Shown: piece by piece, positions 41,273-50,572 of the stretch | Numbering within the stretch: position 1 is the stretch's first letter | Layout: each line of letters opens with the position of its first letter | From: Myxococcota bacterium | GTDB lineage: Bacteria; Myxococcota_A; UBA796; UBA2385 | NCBI GenBank assembly: GCA_044344255.1 | Contig: JBIJDH010000019.1 | Location: 1 to 64,000, forward strand | DNA: 64,000 bases | Direction: 5' to 3' | Position numbers and translations under genes: made by a program | Notes under the pieces: model-generated | The model's input: only the letters and a program-made list of their open reading frames with translations | Told to the model about the DNA's origin: nothing | Databases searched by the model: none

Positions 41273-43564
41273 ATGCGTCCGCTGTTCATCGGCCTCCTCA
41301 TCCCCCTCGGCGCCCTGCTCCCCACCGCAGAGGCCGGCGACTCCTGGTCCACCCCGCACACCGGGATGCGGCTCCTCCACCGCACCGCCAGCGGCCCGGT
41401 GGAGCTCTGGGCGCTCGAGGTCGACCTCTGCGCCCGCGGCATCTCGCTGCGCGCCACCGCTGAAGATGAACGGAAACAGAAGACCTCGAGCTTCGCCGGC
41501 GAGGTCGACGCGCAGGCCGCGGTCAACGGGGGCTTCTTCTCCTATGAAGACTATTACCCGGGCGGCCTCGCCATCGGCGACGGCGTGGCCTGGAACGAGG
41601 ACACCACCACCCACTCCTCCCTGATCTTCGGCCGCGACAACGCCCAGCTCCGCGCCGAGAGTGAAGACCTCACCAGCTACGAGAACTGGATGCACGAGGC
41701 CGTGTCCGGCTACCCGCGCATCGTCGTGGACGGTGATGTCCCGAGCTCCTTCTCCCGCGGCGACTGTGACGATCGCCACCCCCGCACCGCCGCCGGCCTC
41801 TCCCGCGACCGACAGACGCTCTACCTCGTCACCCTCGACGGCCGCTCCGGCGACTCCATCGGCGCCACCTGTGAGGAGCTCGGCGAGGTCCTGGCCGGCC
41901 TCGGCGCGGAGTGGGCGGTCAACCTCGACGGCGGCGGCTCCACCACGCTCTGGATCGACAGCAAGGGGGTGGTGAACAACCCGTCGGACGGCTCCGAGCG
42001 CACCGTCGGCAACCACCTCGGGATCTGGGCGACCGGCACGGGGGCCCCCGAGTCGTGCGACTTTTATATGGGCGAGCTCGAGACCGGGGCCAACATCCTC
42101 GAGGCCGAAGGCGCCACCGACGTCAACGGCGACGGGCTCCCCGACGCCTGCGCGCGGGGGCCGGCGGGCCTCGAGTGCCACCTCGGCCAGGCGACCGGCG
42201 GCTGGGGTGACACCTGGACCCTCGAGTCGCTCTCTGACGACCACGGCTGGGACAAGGCGAAGTTCTACAGCACCCTCCGGATGGGCGACCTCAACGGCGA
42301 CGGCCGCACCGACGTCTGCGCGCGCGGCTCGGCCAACGTCTACTGCTGGCTGGCCGAGGAGGCCGGCTTCAGCGACACCCTCTCCCTCGCCGCCGCCACC
42401 GACGCCGCTGGCTACGACCAGATCGACTATTACAGCACGCTCCGCCTCTTCGACTGGACCGGCGACGGCAAGGCCGACCTCTGTTATCGCAGCCCCGAGG
42501 GCATGCGCTGCCACGCCTCGAACGGGGCCGGCTTCGACGCCGCCATCGAGGGCCCCGCGTGGTCCGACACGAGCGGCTGGTCCCAGCCGTACTACTACGG
42601 CACCATCCGCACCGGGGACGTGAACGGTGACGGGCGCGGCGACCTCTGCGCCCGCTCCTCGGTGGGCGTCACCTGCACCCTCTCCGACGGCGCCTCCTTC
42701 CCCACCGTCGTCACCGGGCCCGCCTGGTCGAACGACCTCGGCTGGAAGGACGTCCGCTCCTGGTCCACCCTCCGCCTGACCGACATCGACGGTGACTTCA
42801 AGGCCGACCTCCTCGGGCGCGACGCGAGCGGCCTCTGGTTCGCCCGCTCCACCGGGGAGGCCTTCGAGGAGCCCGTGCTGGTCCGCGGGCTCTCCGACGA
42901 GACGGGCTGGTGGGACCATTCCAACTACGAGACGCTGCGCACCGGCGACCTCGACGCCGACGGAGACCGCGACCTCTGCCTCCGCGCCGACGCCGGCTAC
43001 GTCTGCTACCTCTGGAACGGCGCCGTCTTCGACGAGAAGTGGCTGGGCCCCGTGCACGCCGACAGCTCGGGCTGGGACGACCACCGCTACTACTCCACCT
43101 TCCGGATGGCCGACCTCAACGGCGACGGCATCTCCGAGCTCTGCGACCGCAGCGCGTCCAATTTTAACTGTTACACCTGGGACGGCTCCACGAGCATCTC
43201 CTACGGCACGCCGATCGCTTGGTCCAACGCCGAGGGTTGGGACGGAGACGGCTACTACTCCACCATCCGGCTGGCCTCGGCGCCGCCGCCGCGGCCCGCC
43301 CTGGAGCCCACCGACACCGGCGACCCCACCGACCCGGCCGACACCGGCGCCTCGCCCGACACCCCGGCGGGGGACTCCGGCCAGTCCGAGGGTGGGGGGG
43401 CCCCCGCCGAAGGGCGAGGCCAGGTCTACTCCGGCGAGTCCAAGGGCTGCGGCTGTGGTGGGAAGGCGATGCTCTGGCCGCTGCTGCTCGGCCCGGCGGC
43501 CCTCCGCCGACGCCGCCACCGGCAGACGCCCCCGGACGGCCCCACACCGCCGCCGCTGGGATAG
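41273..43564 (+). CDS. Phosphodiester glycosidase (NAGPA-like) domain + FG-GAP repeats + MYXO-CTERM-like tail
   Basis: AAVNGGFF, RHPRTAAG, NLDGGGST, repeated DxNGDGRxDxCAR, C-terminal GCGCGG..hydrophobic..RRRR. Confidence 0.82.
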   Translation: MRPLFIGLLIPLGALLPTAEAGDSWSTPHTGMRLLHRTASGPVELWALEVDLCARGISLRATAEDERKQKTSSFAGEVDAQAAVNGGFFSYEDYYPGGLAIGDGVAWNEDTTTHSSLIFGRDNAQLRAESEDLTSYENWMHEAVSGYPRIVVDGDVPSSFSRGDCDDRHPRTAAGLSRDRQTLYLVTLDGRSGDSIGATCEELGEVLAGLGAEWAVNLDGGGSTTLWIDSKGVVNNPSDGSERTVGNHLGIWATGTGAPESCDFYMGELETGANILEAEGATDVNGDGLPDACARGPAGLECHLGQATGGWGDTWTLESLSDDHGWDKAKFYSTLRMGDLNGDGRTDVCARGSANVYCWLAEEAGFSDTLSLAAATDAAGYDQIDYYSTLRLFDWTGDGKADLCYRSPEGMRCHASNGAGFDAAIEGPAWSDTSGWSQPYYYGTIRTGDVNGDGRGDLCARSSVGVTCTLSDGASFPTVVTGPAWSNDLGWKDVRSWSTLRLTDIDGDFKADLLGRDASGLWFARSTGEAFEEPVLVRGLSDETGWWDHSNYETLRTGDLDADGDRDLCLRADAGYVCYLWNGAVFDEKWLGPVHADSSGWDDHRYYSTFRMADLNGDGISELCDRSASNFNCYTWDGSTSISYGTPIAWSNAEGWDGDGYYSTIRLASAPPPRPALEPTDTGDPTDPADTGASPDTPAGDSGQSEGGGAPAEGRGQVYSGESKGCGCGGKAMLWPLLLGPAALRRRRHRQTPPDGPTPPPLG

Positions 43565-43590
43565 GGCGCCGCCCCGCCCACAGGTCGCCC

Positions 43591-44691
43591 ATGCCCGACG
43601 TCTCCCCCACCCCCTCCGAAAGGACCGAGCCCGAAGAGGCCGCCCGGATCGATCTCTTCGCGCTCGACCTCCCCGGCCTCCGGGCGCTCCTCACGGGGCT
43701 CGGGGAGCCCGCCTTTCGGGCGGCGCAGCTCCACAAGTGGATCCACGAGCGCCACGCCCCCTCCTTCTCGGCGATGACCGACCTCCCGGCCTCCCTCCGC
43801 ACGAAGCTGGAGGCGGGCTTTCGACTCGGCACCCTCGCGATCGCCCACGAGCAGCGGAGCCAGGACGGCACCCAGAAGCGCCTCTATCGCCTCCCCGACG
43901 GGCAGCTCATCGAGTCGGTGCTGATGCCCTATCAGGACGGTCGCCGCACCGCCTGCATCTCGTCCCAGGCCGGCTGCGCGATGGGCTGCACCTTCTGCGC
44001 CACGGGCCAGATGGGCTTCGCCCGCCACCTCACCGCCGCCGAGATCGTCGAGCAGGCCTGGCGCTTCGACCAGGAGCTCAAGGCCAAGGGGGAGCGCCTC
44101 TCCAACGTCGTGCTGATGGGCATGGGCGAGCCCTTTCACAATTTCGAGCCCGTGGTGGAGGCCATTCACCGGCTGAACAAGGAGATCGGGATCGGCGCCC
44201 GCCACATCACGGTGAGCACGGTGGGCCTCGTGCCACAGATCGACCGCTTCGCCGCGCTCGGCCTGCAGGTGAAGCTGGCGATCAGCCTGCACAGCACGCA
44301 GGACGACGAGCGCAGCGAGATGATGCCGGTCAACCGCCGCTGGCCGATCGCCGAGCTCATCGCCGCCTGTCACCGGTACGTCGAGCAGACTGGGCGGCGG
44401 ATCTCCTTCGAGTGGGCCCTCATCGCCGGCAAGAATGACGGCGTGGACGAGGCCGAGCGCCTGGGCCGCCTCCTCCGCGGCCTGTTCTGCCACGTCAACC
44501 TCATCCCCTTGAACCCCACCGGCGGCTACGCGGGCGCCCCCTCGGACCCCGCCACCGCCGCCGCCTTCGTGGCCACCCTCGAGCGCCACGGCGTGCCGGC
44601 CACCGTCCGCGTGCGGCGCGGCATCGACATCGACGCCGGCTGCGGACAGTTGAAGAGTGAGCTCCTCCGCCGGCTACGCGCCTCGGGCTGA
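43591..44691 (+). CDS. rlmN: 23S rRNA (adenine 2503-C2) methyltransferase
   Basis: CISSQAGCAMGCTFC, MGMGEP, VNLIPLN, DIDAGCGQL. Confidence 0.95.
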   Translation: MPDVSPTPSERTEPEEAARIDLFALDLPGLRALLTGLGEPAFRAAQLHKWIHERHAPSFSAMTDLPASLRTKLEAGFRLGTLAIAHEQRSQDGTQKRLYRLPDGQLIESVLMPYQDGRRTACISSQAGCAMGCTFCATGQMGFARHLTAAEIVEQAWRFDQELKAKGERLSNVVLMGMGEPFHNFEPVVEAIHRLNKEIGIGARHITVSTVGLVPQIDRFAALGLQVKLAISLHSTQDDERSEMMPVNRRWPIAELIAACHRYVEQTGRRISFEWALIAGKNDGVDEAERLGRLLRGLFCHVNLIPLNPTGGYAGAPSDPATAAAFVATLERHGVPATVRVRRGIDIDAGCGQLKSELLRRLRASG

Positions 44692-47301
44692 GCGCCGCCG
44701 CCGGGCCAGGAGCGCGCCGAGGCCGACGAGCAGCCAGGGAGCGGCGCCGGTCGTGGGGGCCCCGCTGCAGGCGCAGCCCTTCCCGGCGCCACCGCCGCCA
44801 CCGCCGCCGCCGCCATCGCCCAGGCCGTCGTCGCCGCCCTCGTCCCCGCCGCCGTCCCCCTCGGGGCAGGCAGCGTCGACGCCGTCGCAGTCCTGATCGA
44901 TCTCGTCGCCGCAGACCTCCGCCTCGGGGGCTCCGCGGGCGGGGTCGTGGTCATCGCAGTCCACGTCGCACAGGACGGCGTCCCCGTCGAAGTCCTGGAC
45001 GGGGTAGCAGCCCTCGTGGTCGGGATCGAGCTGATAGTCCCAGATGCCGCGGCCGTAGGTCCCGAAGCGGATCGAGTTCTCGGCGGTGAGCGCCTCGACG
45101 CTCCAATACGTGGTGACCGGGGCGCCAGCGCCGATGTCGGTCCACTCGCTGGCGCCCGGCTCCCGCATCCAGGCCCCCGTCTCGGTGGCGGCGAAGAGGC
45201 GCCCCGATCCGTCGGGCGCGAGCGCGAGGCCATAGACGAAGGTGCGCGGCAGGCCGTCATCCCAGGCCTCCCAGGTGAGCCCATCGTCGGTAGACCGCCA
45301 GACCGAGGGGTTACCGTAGCCGGAGCCCGCCAGATAGACGAGCTGCTCCTCCTGGCGCGAGGGGAGGATCGTGCTGCCGTAGAGGTAGTGGTCGGTCGTG
45401 CTCTCGTCGGCCACCATCGTCCAGGTGACGGCGTGGTCGGTCGAGCGGAAGACCCGCCCGTAGCTGGTCGCCGCCCAGGCGATGTCCGGGTTGAAGGTCG
45501 AGAAGGCGAGGGCCGAGGCGTATTCGTAACCTTCCGATGAGAAGTCCTGCTCGCTGTAGAGCTCCCCCTTCCACTCCGAGCCGCGCGCCTCGGTGTACCG
45601 ATAGATCTGCGACGCCAGGAAGAAGAAGGCCGCCGGATCGACCGGATCGGCCACCACCGGCGGGATCCAGGCCATCTGCGACTCGCCGCTCGGAAAGTCG
45701 CCCCAGCCGAGCTGGGGGTCGTCTTCGTCGAACTGGACGAGGATGTAGCCGGGATAGGTCGAGTACACATAGGCGTGGGAGCCGTCGGCCGAGCTCAGGT
45801 GCCCATAATCCCCGCTGGTGGCCTGATAGAAGCGGAGGAGGTCGCCCTCGGGGACCATGCCGGTGCTGAGCTGGTAGCCCTGGTCCTGGGCCCCGGCGGC
45901 GACGTGGGTGGGGTCGACCGAGGAGGTGAGGGTCGAATAATACTGGCTCACCCGAAGGCCGCTGAGCGACAGGTTCTCCACCGTGTCGAGGCGGTCCCGT
46001 GACCGATAGAGCCCGCCGTCGGTGCCGATCCACCACAGCTCCGAGCCGTCTTCGGCCTCGTCCACCGTGAGGCCCATCATGTCGGCGTGGAGCTGATCTC
46101 CGGGGCTGTCGTAGTAGCTCCACCAGTCATTCTGCTTGTGGAAGGAGGCGCCGCCGTCCATCGTGACGTGCAGCTCCATCCCGCCGTAAGCGAAGAGGTC
46201 GGGGTCCTGGCGAGAGGCAGCGAGGGGGGCCCAGAAGTCCTCGTAGGGGCCGAGCTCCACCCAGGTCTCGCCGGCGTCGTCGCTGCGGCGGACGAGGCTG
46301 CCGCCGTCGCCGTCGCCGAGCACCCAGAGGCGGGGCGCCCCGGCCTCGGAGCCACAGAGCGAGCCCGAGCTCATCCCGGCATCGACGAGGCCCACCCGGC
46401 TGAAGGTGTCGCCGTCATCATCACTCTGGAGGAGCTCCCCGTCGTCGAGGAGGTAGAGGCGGCGGTCGCCGTCGCGGGGGATCCAGAGGTCGCCCTGGAA
46501 TTCATCGAGGGCGCGGAGGAGGGAGAAGGTCTGCCCGCCGTCCAGCGACCGATAGAGGTCGTAGGTCCAGTAGTTGGTCACCATGGCGAAGACGAGCGCG
46601 TCCTGGCCGGCCGGGGCGGTGAGGCGCTTGATCTGCCAGAGGTCAGAGGGCAGGCCGGCGGCGCGGCTCCAGGTGCCGCCTTCGTCGGCGCTGCGGTAGA
46701 TCGCCGAGCCGCTCGCCATGACGAGGATGTCGGGATCGGTCGCCGCAGGGGCCGGGAGGGCGAGGAGCTGCTGGGCGCCCCCGTAGACGTCGTCGGCGAG
46801 GGGGGTCCAGCCGTCGCCGTCTGGGCTGGCGGTCCAGAGGCCGCCGTGCGCCGAGCCCGCGTAGATCGCCTGCTTGTCGCTCGAGAGCCGCGCTTCGTGC
46901 ATGCGCCCGGCGAGGTTCTCGCTGCCGCGCTCCACCCAGCGCGGGCCGGCGGCGGGGGGCGGCGCCGCCCGTCGCCGCGCCAGGGCCGCCTCGGCGTTGC
47001 CGCGCTCGACCCCCTTCCAGCTCACCCCCGCAGGGGCGCGGTGCAGCTCCTCGAACCAGCGCCGCCGGGCCGCACCGGCGCTGCGCTCCCGGTCTTCTCG
47101 CTCCTCGGTCGACAGGCCGGGCTCGTCCTTATCGGCGCCGGCCGGGATCGGCGGCCGCCAGGGCCCCTTGGCCGGCAGCCCGGGCCAGAGGGCCGCCGCG
47201 AGCGCCGCCGCGACGAGCAGCCCCAAGAGGCCGCCCGCGGCGCCCCCTCCGCCGACCTGGCCCGCCCCGCCGGACTCGCTCCCCTTCACGCCGCGCGACA
47301 T
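44674..47301 (-). CDS. BNR/Asp-box (sialidase/sortilin-like) beta-propeller protein with MopE motif and MYXO-CTERM-like tail
   Basis: Repeated RSxDxGxTW Asp-boxes, GTYGRGIW, DCDDHD..EVCGDEIDQDC, KGCACS..LLARRRR. Confidence 0.8.
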   Translation of the reverse strand: MSRGVKGSESGGAGQVGGGGAAGGLLGLLVAAALAAALWPGLPAKGPWRPPIPAGADKDEPGLSTEEREDRERSAGAARRRWFEELHRAPAGVSWKGVERGNAEAALARRRAAPPPAAGPRWVERGSENLAGRMHEARLSSDKQAIYAGSAHGGLWTASPDGDGWTPLADDVYGGAQQLLALPAPAATDPDILVMASGSAIYRSADEGGTWSRAAGLPSDLWQIKRLTAPAGQDALVFAMVTNYWTYDLYRSLDGGQTFSLLRALDEFQGDLWIPRDGDRRLYLLDDGELLQSDDDGDTFSRVGLVDAGMSSGSLCGSEAGAPRLWVLGDGDGGSLVRRSDDAGETWVELGPYEDFWAPLAASRQDPDLFAYGGMELHVTMDGGASFHKQNDWWSYYDSPGDQLHADMMGLTVDEAEDGSELWWIGTDGGLYRSRDRLDTVENLSLSGLRVSQYYSTLTSSVDPTHVAAGAQDQGYQLSTGMVPEGDLLRFYQATSGDYGHLSSADGSHAYVYSTYPGYILVQFDEDDPQLGWGDFPSGESQMAWIPPVVADPVDPAAFFFLASQIYRYTEARGSEWKGELYSEQDFSSEGYEYASALAFSTFNPDIAWAATSYGRVFRSTDHAVTWTMVADESTTDHYLYGSTILPSRQEEQLVYLAGSGYGNPSVWRSTDDGLTWEAWDDGLPRTFVYGLALAPDGSGRLFAATETGAWMREPGASEWTDIGAGAPVTTYWSVEALTAENSIRFGTYGRGIWDYQLDPDHEGCYPVQDFDGDAVLCDVDCDDHDPARGAPEAEVCGDEIDQDCDGVDAACPEGDGGGDEGGDDGLGDGGGGGGGGGAGKGCACSGAPTTGAAPWLLVGLGALLARRRRSARGA

Positions 47302-47450
47302 CCAACCTCCCCGGGGCGCCAAGCCCATCCCCCCAGTGTATCGAGGCCGCGACCGAGGGGCGGTGAGGCGCTGGTGAACCGCCGCCGCCCCAGGGGCGTA
47401 CCCTCCGGACCCCTCCGTTTCGGGACCAGACGCGCGGGCGCCTCCCGACT

Positions 47451-47492
47451 AAGGACCTCTGGCTAAGGAACTCTGACGAAGGAACTCTGATG
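47451..47492 (+). repeat. 14-bp direct repeat (x3) overlapping the RBS and start codon of the HupE/UreJ gene
   Basis: AAGGACCTCTGGCT, AAGGAACTCTGACG, AAGGAACTCTGATG. Confidence 0.75.
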
Positions 47493-48476
47493 CTCGGCCC
47501 TCTCCTCGCCCTCGCCCTGTCCACCTCGGCCGCGCGCGCCCACCAGCCGGGCCTCTCGTACGCCCACCTCGAGCGCGGGCGGCTGTCGCTGGTCTTCGCC
47601 GGGGCCGAGCTCGAGGCGATGGGCTTCCCCACCGAGCTCGCTGCCCTCGGCCCGACCCTGACCGAGCGCACCTTCGCGCGGGTCGATCTCCGCACCGAGG
47701 AGGGCCCCTGCACGCTGGGCGCCCCCACCGTCACCTCCCTCGAGCGAGACGGCGTCGAGCTCTCCGCGGCCGTGTTGTGCCCAGACGGCCAGCGCTGGTC
47801 CTATTCGGCGCCCTTCCTGGTCGAGATGGAGCCCGGCCACCGGCACACCGTCGAGGCCTTCGGAGAGATGGTGGCCGTGCTCGACAGCGGCCACATCGAG
47901 GCCCGCTTCGAGGGCTTCGGCAGCGCGGGCGCGGTGGCGCGGGCCTTCCTCACCCTCGGCGTCGAGCACATCTGGACCGGCTACGACCACCTCGCCTTCC
48001 TCTTCGCCCTCGTGCTGGTGGCCCGCTCCACCCGCCAGATGCTGGCCATCGTCACCGGCTTCACGCTGGCCCACTCGATCACGCTCTCCGTGGCGGCCCT
48101 CGGCTGGCTCACGCCCCCCGCCGCCGTGATCGAGCCCGCCATCGCCGCCACCATCGCCTACGCGGGCCTCGAGAACCTCTGGAAGCCGGGGGCGAAGCGG
48201 CGCTTCATCGTCACCTTCGCCCTCGGGCTCATCCACGGCTTCGGCTTCGCCGGCATGCTCCGCGAGCTCGGGATGCCGGACGGCCACCTCGCCGTCGCCC
48301 TGCTCTGCTTCAACGGCGGGGTGGAGCTCGGGCAGGCGGCCGTCGTGGCGATCGTGCTGCCCCTCCTGCTCTGGCTCCGCCGCTACCCGGCCTGGGAGGC
48401 CCGCGGCGTCCCCGCCCTCTCCGTGCTGGTCGCCCTCGCCGGCGTGGGCTGGTTCGTCGAGCGGGTGGTGGCCTGA
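47490..48476 (+). CDS. HupE/UreJ family protein
   Basis: GVEHIWTGYDHLAFL, FTLAHSITL, GLIHGFGFA, FNGGVELGQ. Confidence 0.9.
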   Translation: MLGPLLALALSTSAARAHQPGLSYAHLERGRLSLVFAGAELEAMGFPTELAALGPTLTERTFARVDLRTEEGPCTLGAPTVTSLERDGVELSAAVLCPDGQRWSYSAPFLVEMEPGHRHTVEAFGEMVAVLDSGHIEARFEGFGSAGAVARAFLTLGVEHIWTGYDHLAFLFALVLVARSTRQMLAIVTGFTLAHSITLSVAALGWLTPPAAVIEPAIAATIAYAGLENLWKPGAKRRFIVTFALGLIHGFGFAGMLRELGMPDGHLAVALLCFNGGVELGQAAVVAIVLPLLLWLRRYPAWEARGVPALSVLVALAGVGWFVERVVA

Positions 48477-49003
48477 TGTCCGCCCCGCGGGCCCGCCGCA
48501 GCCTCCTCTCCCCCCTCGGCCGGCTGAGCCTCGTGGCCGAGGGAGGCCTCCTCCGCGCCCTCCACATGGACGACCCCGCCGCGCCCGAGGCCGCGCCCTC
48601 TGCGGGGGAGCCCCCCGCCGATCGCGGCGACGAGGCCCTCCTCGACGAGGCGGTCGCTCAGCTCGAGGCCTGGCTGGTCGGCCAGCGGCGGGCCTTCGAC
48701 CTCCCCCTCGGCCCCCAGGGCACCCCCTTCCAGCTGCGGGTCTGGGCGGCCCTCCAGGCCATCCCCTTCGGCGAGACCCTGTCTTACGGGGCCCTGGCGC
48801 GGCGGCTCGGCGACCCGCTGCTCTCCCGCGCGGTCGGCGCGGCGAACGGCCAGAACCCCATCGGGATCCTCATCCCTTGCCACCGGGTCATCGGCGCCGA
48901 CGGCAGCCTCACGGGCTATGCGGGGGGCCTGGAGCGGAAGCGGTGGCTGCTCGACTTCGAGGCCACTGCCACCCGCCGCCAGGTCGGCCTCTTCTCTCGC
49001 TGA
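48476..49003 (+). CDS. ogt: Methylated-DNA--protein-cysteine methyltransferase
   Basis: GTPFQLRVW, IPFGET, IPCHRV, GYAGG. Confidence 0.93.
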   Translation: MSAPRARRSLLSPLGRLSLVAEGGLLRALHMDDPAAPEAAPSAGEPPADRGDEALLDEAVAQLEAWLVGQRRAFDLPLGPQGTPFQLRVWAALQAIPFGETLSYGALARRLGDPLLSRAVGAANGQNPIGILIPCHRVIGADGSLTGYAGGLERKRWLLDFEATATRRQVGLFSR

Positions 49004-49039
49004 CCGCCCCTCGCCCGGCGGTCCCGCCTGGAGCCAGCC

Positions 49040-50500
49040 ATGACCCGCCCCGCGTCGATTGAGCCGCCGCCCCTCCCGCCGAGCCTCCTCTGGATCGACA
49101 ACGAGGCGGTCCCCGCGCAGAGCGGCGCCACCTTCACCACCGAGGACCCTGCGACCGGCCTGCCTCTCGCCACCCTGGCCCGCGGCGGCCGCGCCGACGT
49201 CGAGCGGGCGGTGGCCTCGGCGAAGGCAGCGCAGCGGCGCTGGGCGGCGGTCGATCCCAACGAGAAGCAGCGCACCCTCTGGAAGATCGGCGAGGCCGTG
49301 ATGGCCCACCTCGACCGCCTCGCTTGGCTCGAGGCCGTGGACTGCGGCAAGCCCCTCGCCAACGCGCGGGCCATCGACGTGCCCCGCACCGCCGACACCT
49401 TCTTCTACTTCGCCGGCTGGGCCACCAAGCTCACCGGCGACACCGTCCCCGTGCGCGGCCCCTTCCTCAACTACACGGTGCGGGAGCCGCTCGGCGTGGT
49501 GGGGGCGATCATCCCCTGGAATTTCCCGCTCCTGCTCGCCGCCCGCAAGATCGCGCCCGCGCTCGCCAGCGGCAACGCCGTCGTGCTCAAGCCGCCCGAG
49601 GAGGCGAGCCTCTCCTGCCTCGAGCTCGCCCGCATCGCCGCCGAGGCGGGCCTGCCGCCCGGCCTGCTCAACGTGGTGACCGGCGTGGGCGAGGAGGCCG
49701 GCGCCGCCCTGGTGGAGCACCCCGACGTCGCCAAGATCTCGTTCACCGGCGGCACCGTCACGGGCAAGCACATCATGCGGGCCGCCGCCGGCACCCTGAA
49801 GAAGCTCTCGCTCGAGCTCGGCGGCAAGAGCGCCAACATCATCTTCGCCGACGCTGACCTCCCCGCCGCCGCCGCCGCCGCCGTGAGCGCCATCTTCTAC
49901 AACCAGGGCGAGCTCTGCACCGCCGGCTCCCGGCTGCTGGTCGAGCGGAGCGCGCTGCCCACCGTGCTGCCGCTCGTCGTCGAGGGGGCTCGCCGCCTCC
50001 GCCCGGAGGCCCCCCTGAGCCCCGGCTGCGCCCTCGGCCCCCTGGTGAGCGCCGAGCACCACGCGCGCGTGCTCGCTTACATCGAGAAGGGGCTCGCCGA
50101 AGGGGCCCGCCTCGAGACCGGCGGCGGCCTGCCGGGGCCCGGCTACTACGTCGAGCCCACCGTCTTCTCCGGGGTGGACGCGAGCATGACCATCGCCCGC
50201 GAGGAGATCTTCGGCCCCGTGCTCTCGGTGATCACCTTTGACAGCCTGGAGGAGGCCGCCGCCCTCGCCGACGCCACCGAATTCGGCCTCGCCGCGGGTG
50301 TCTGGACGCGCGACATCGGCAAGGCCCACGCCCTCGCGGCGCGCCTCAAGGCGGGGACGGTGTGGATCAACACCTACAACCGCTTCGACGCCGCCATGCC
50401 CTATGGAGGGGTCAAGCAGTCCGGCTTCGGGCGGGAGAACGGGCGCGCGGTGCTCGACGAGTACACCCAGCTCAAGAGCGTGTGGGTCGCCCTCGGCTGA
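49040..50500 (+). CDS. Aldehyde dehydrogenase family protein
   Basis: PWNFP, LELGGKS, NQGELC, EEIFGPV, GGVKQSGFGRE. Confidence 0.95.
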   Translation: MTRPASIEPPPLPPSLLWIDNEAVPAQSGATFTTEDPATGLPLATLARGGRADVERAVASAKAAQRRWAAVDPNEKQRTLWKIGEAVMAHLDRLAWLEAVDCGKPLANARAIDVPRTADTFFYFAGWATKLTGDTVPVRGPFLNYTVREPLGVVGAIIPWNFPLLLAARKIAPALASGNAVVLKPPEEASLSCLELARIAAEAGLPPGLLNVVTGVGEEAGAALVEHPDVAKISFTGGTVTGKHIMRAAAGTLKKLSLELGGKSANIIFADADLPAAAAAAVSAIFYNQGELCTAGSRLLVERSALPTVLPLVVEGARRLRPEAPLSPGCALGPLVSAEHHARVLAYIEKGLAEGARLETGGGLPGPGYYVEPTVFSGVDASMTIAREEIFGPVLSVITFDSLEEAAALADATEFGLAAGVWTRDIGKAHALAARLKAGTVWINTYNRFDAAMPYGGVKQSGFGRENGRAVLDEYTQLKSVWVALG

Positions 50501-50572
50501 TCTGCGACAGCTCCCAAGGCGAGGCGCGCCCACGTTACGTGCGCCGCCCGCCGCGCCCGCAGGGAGCCCCCG

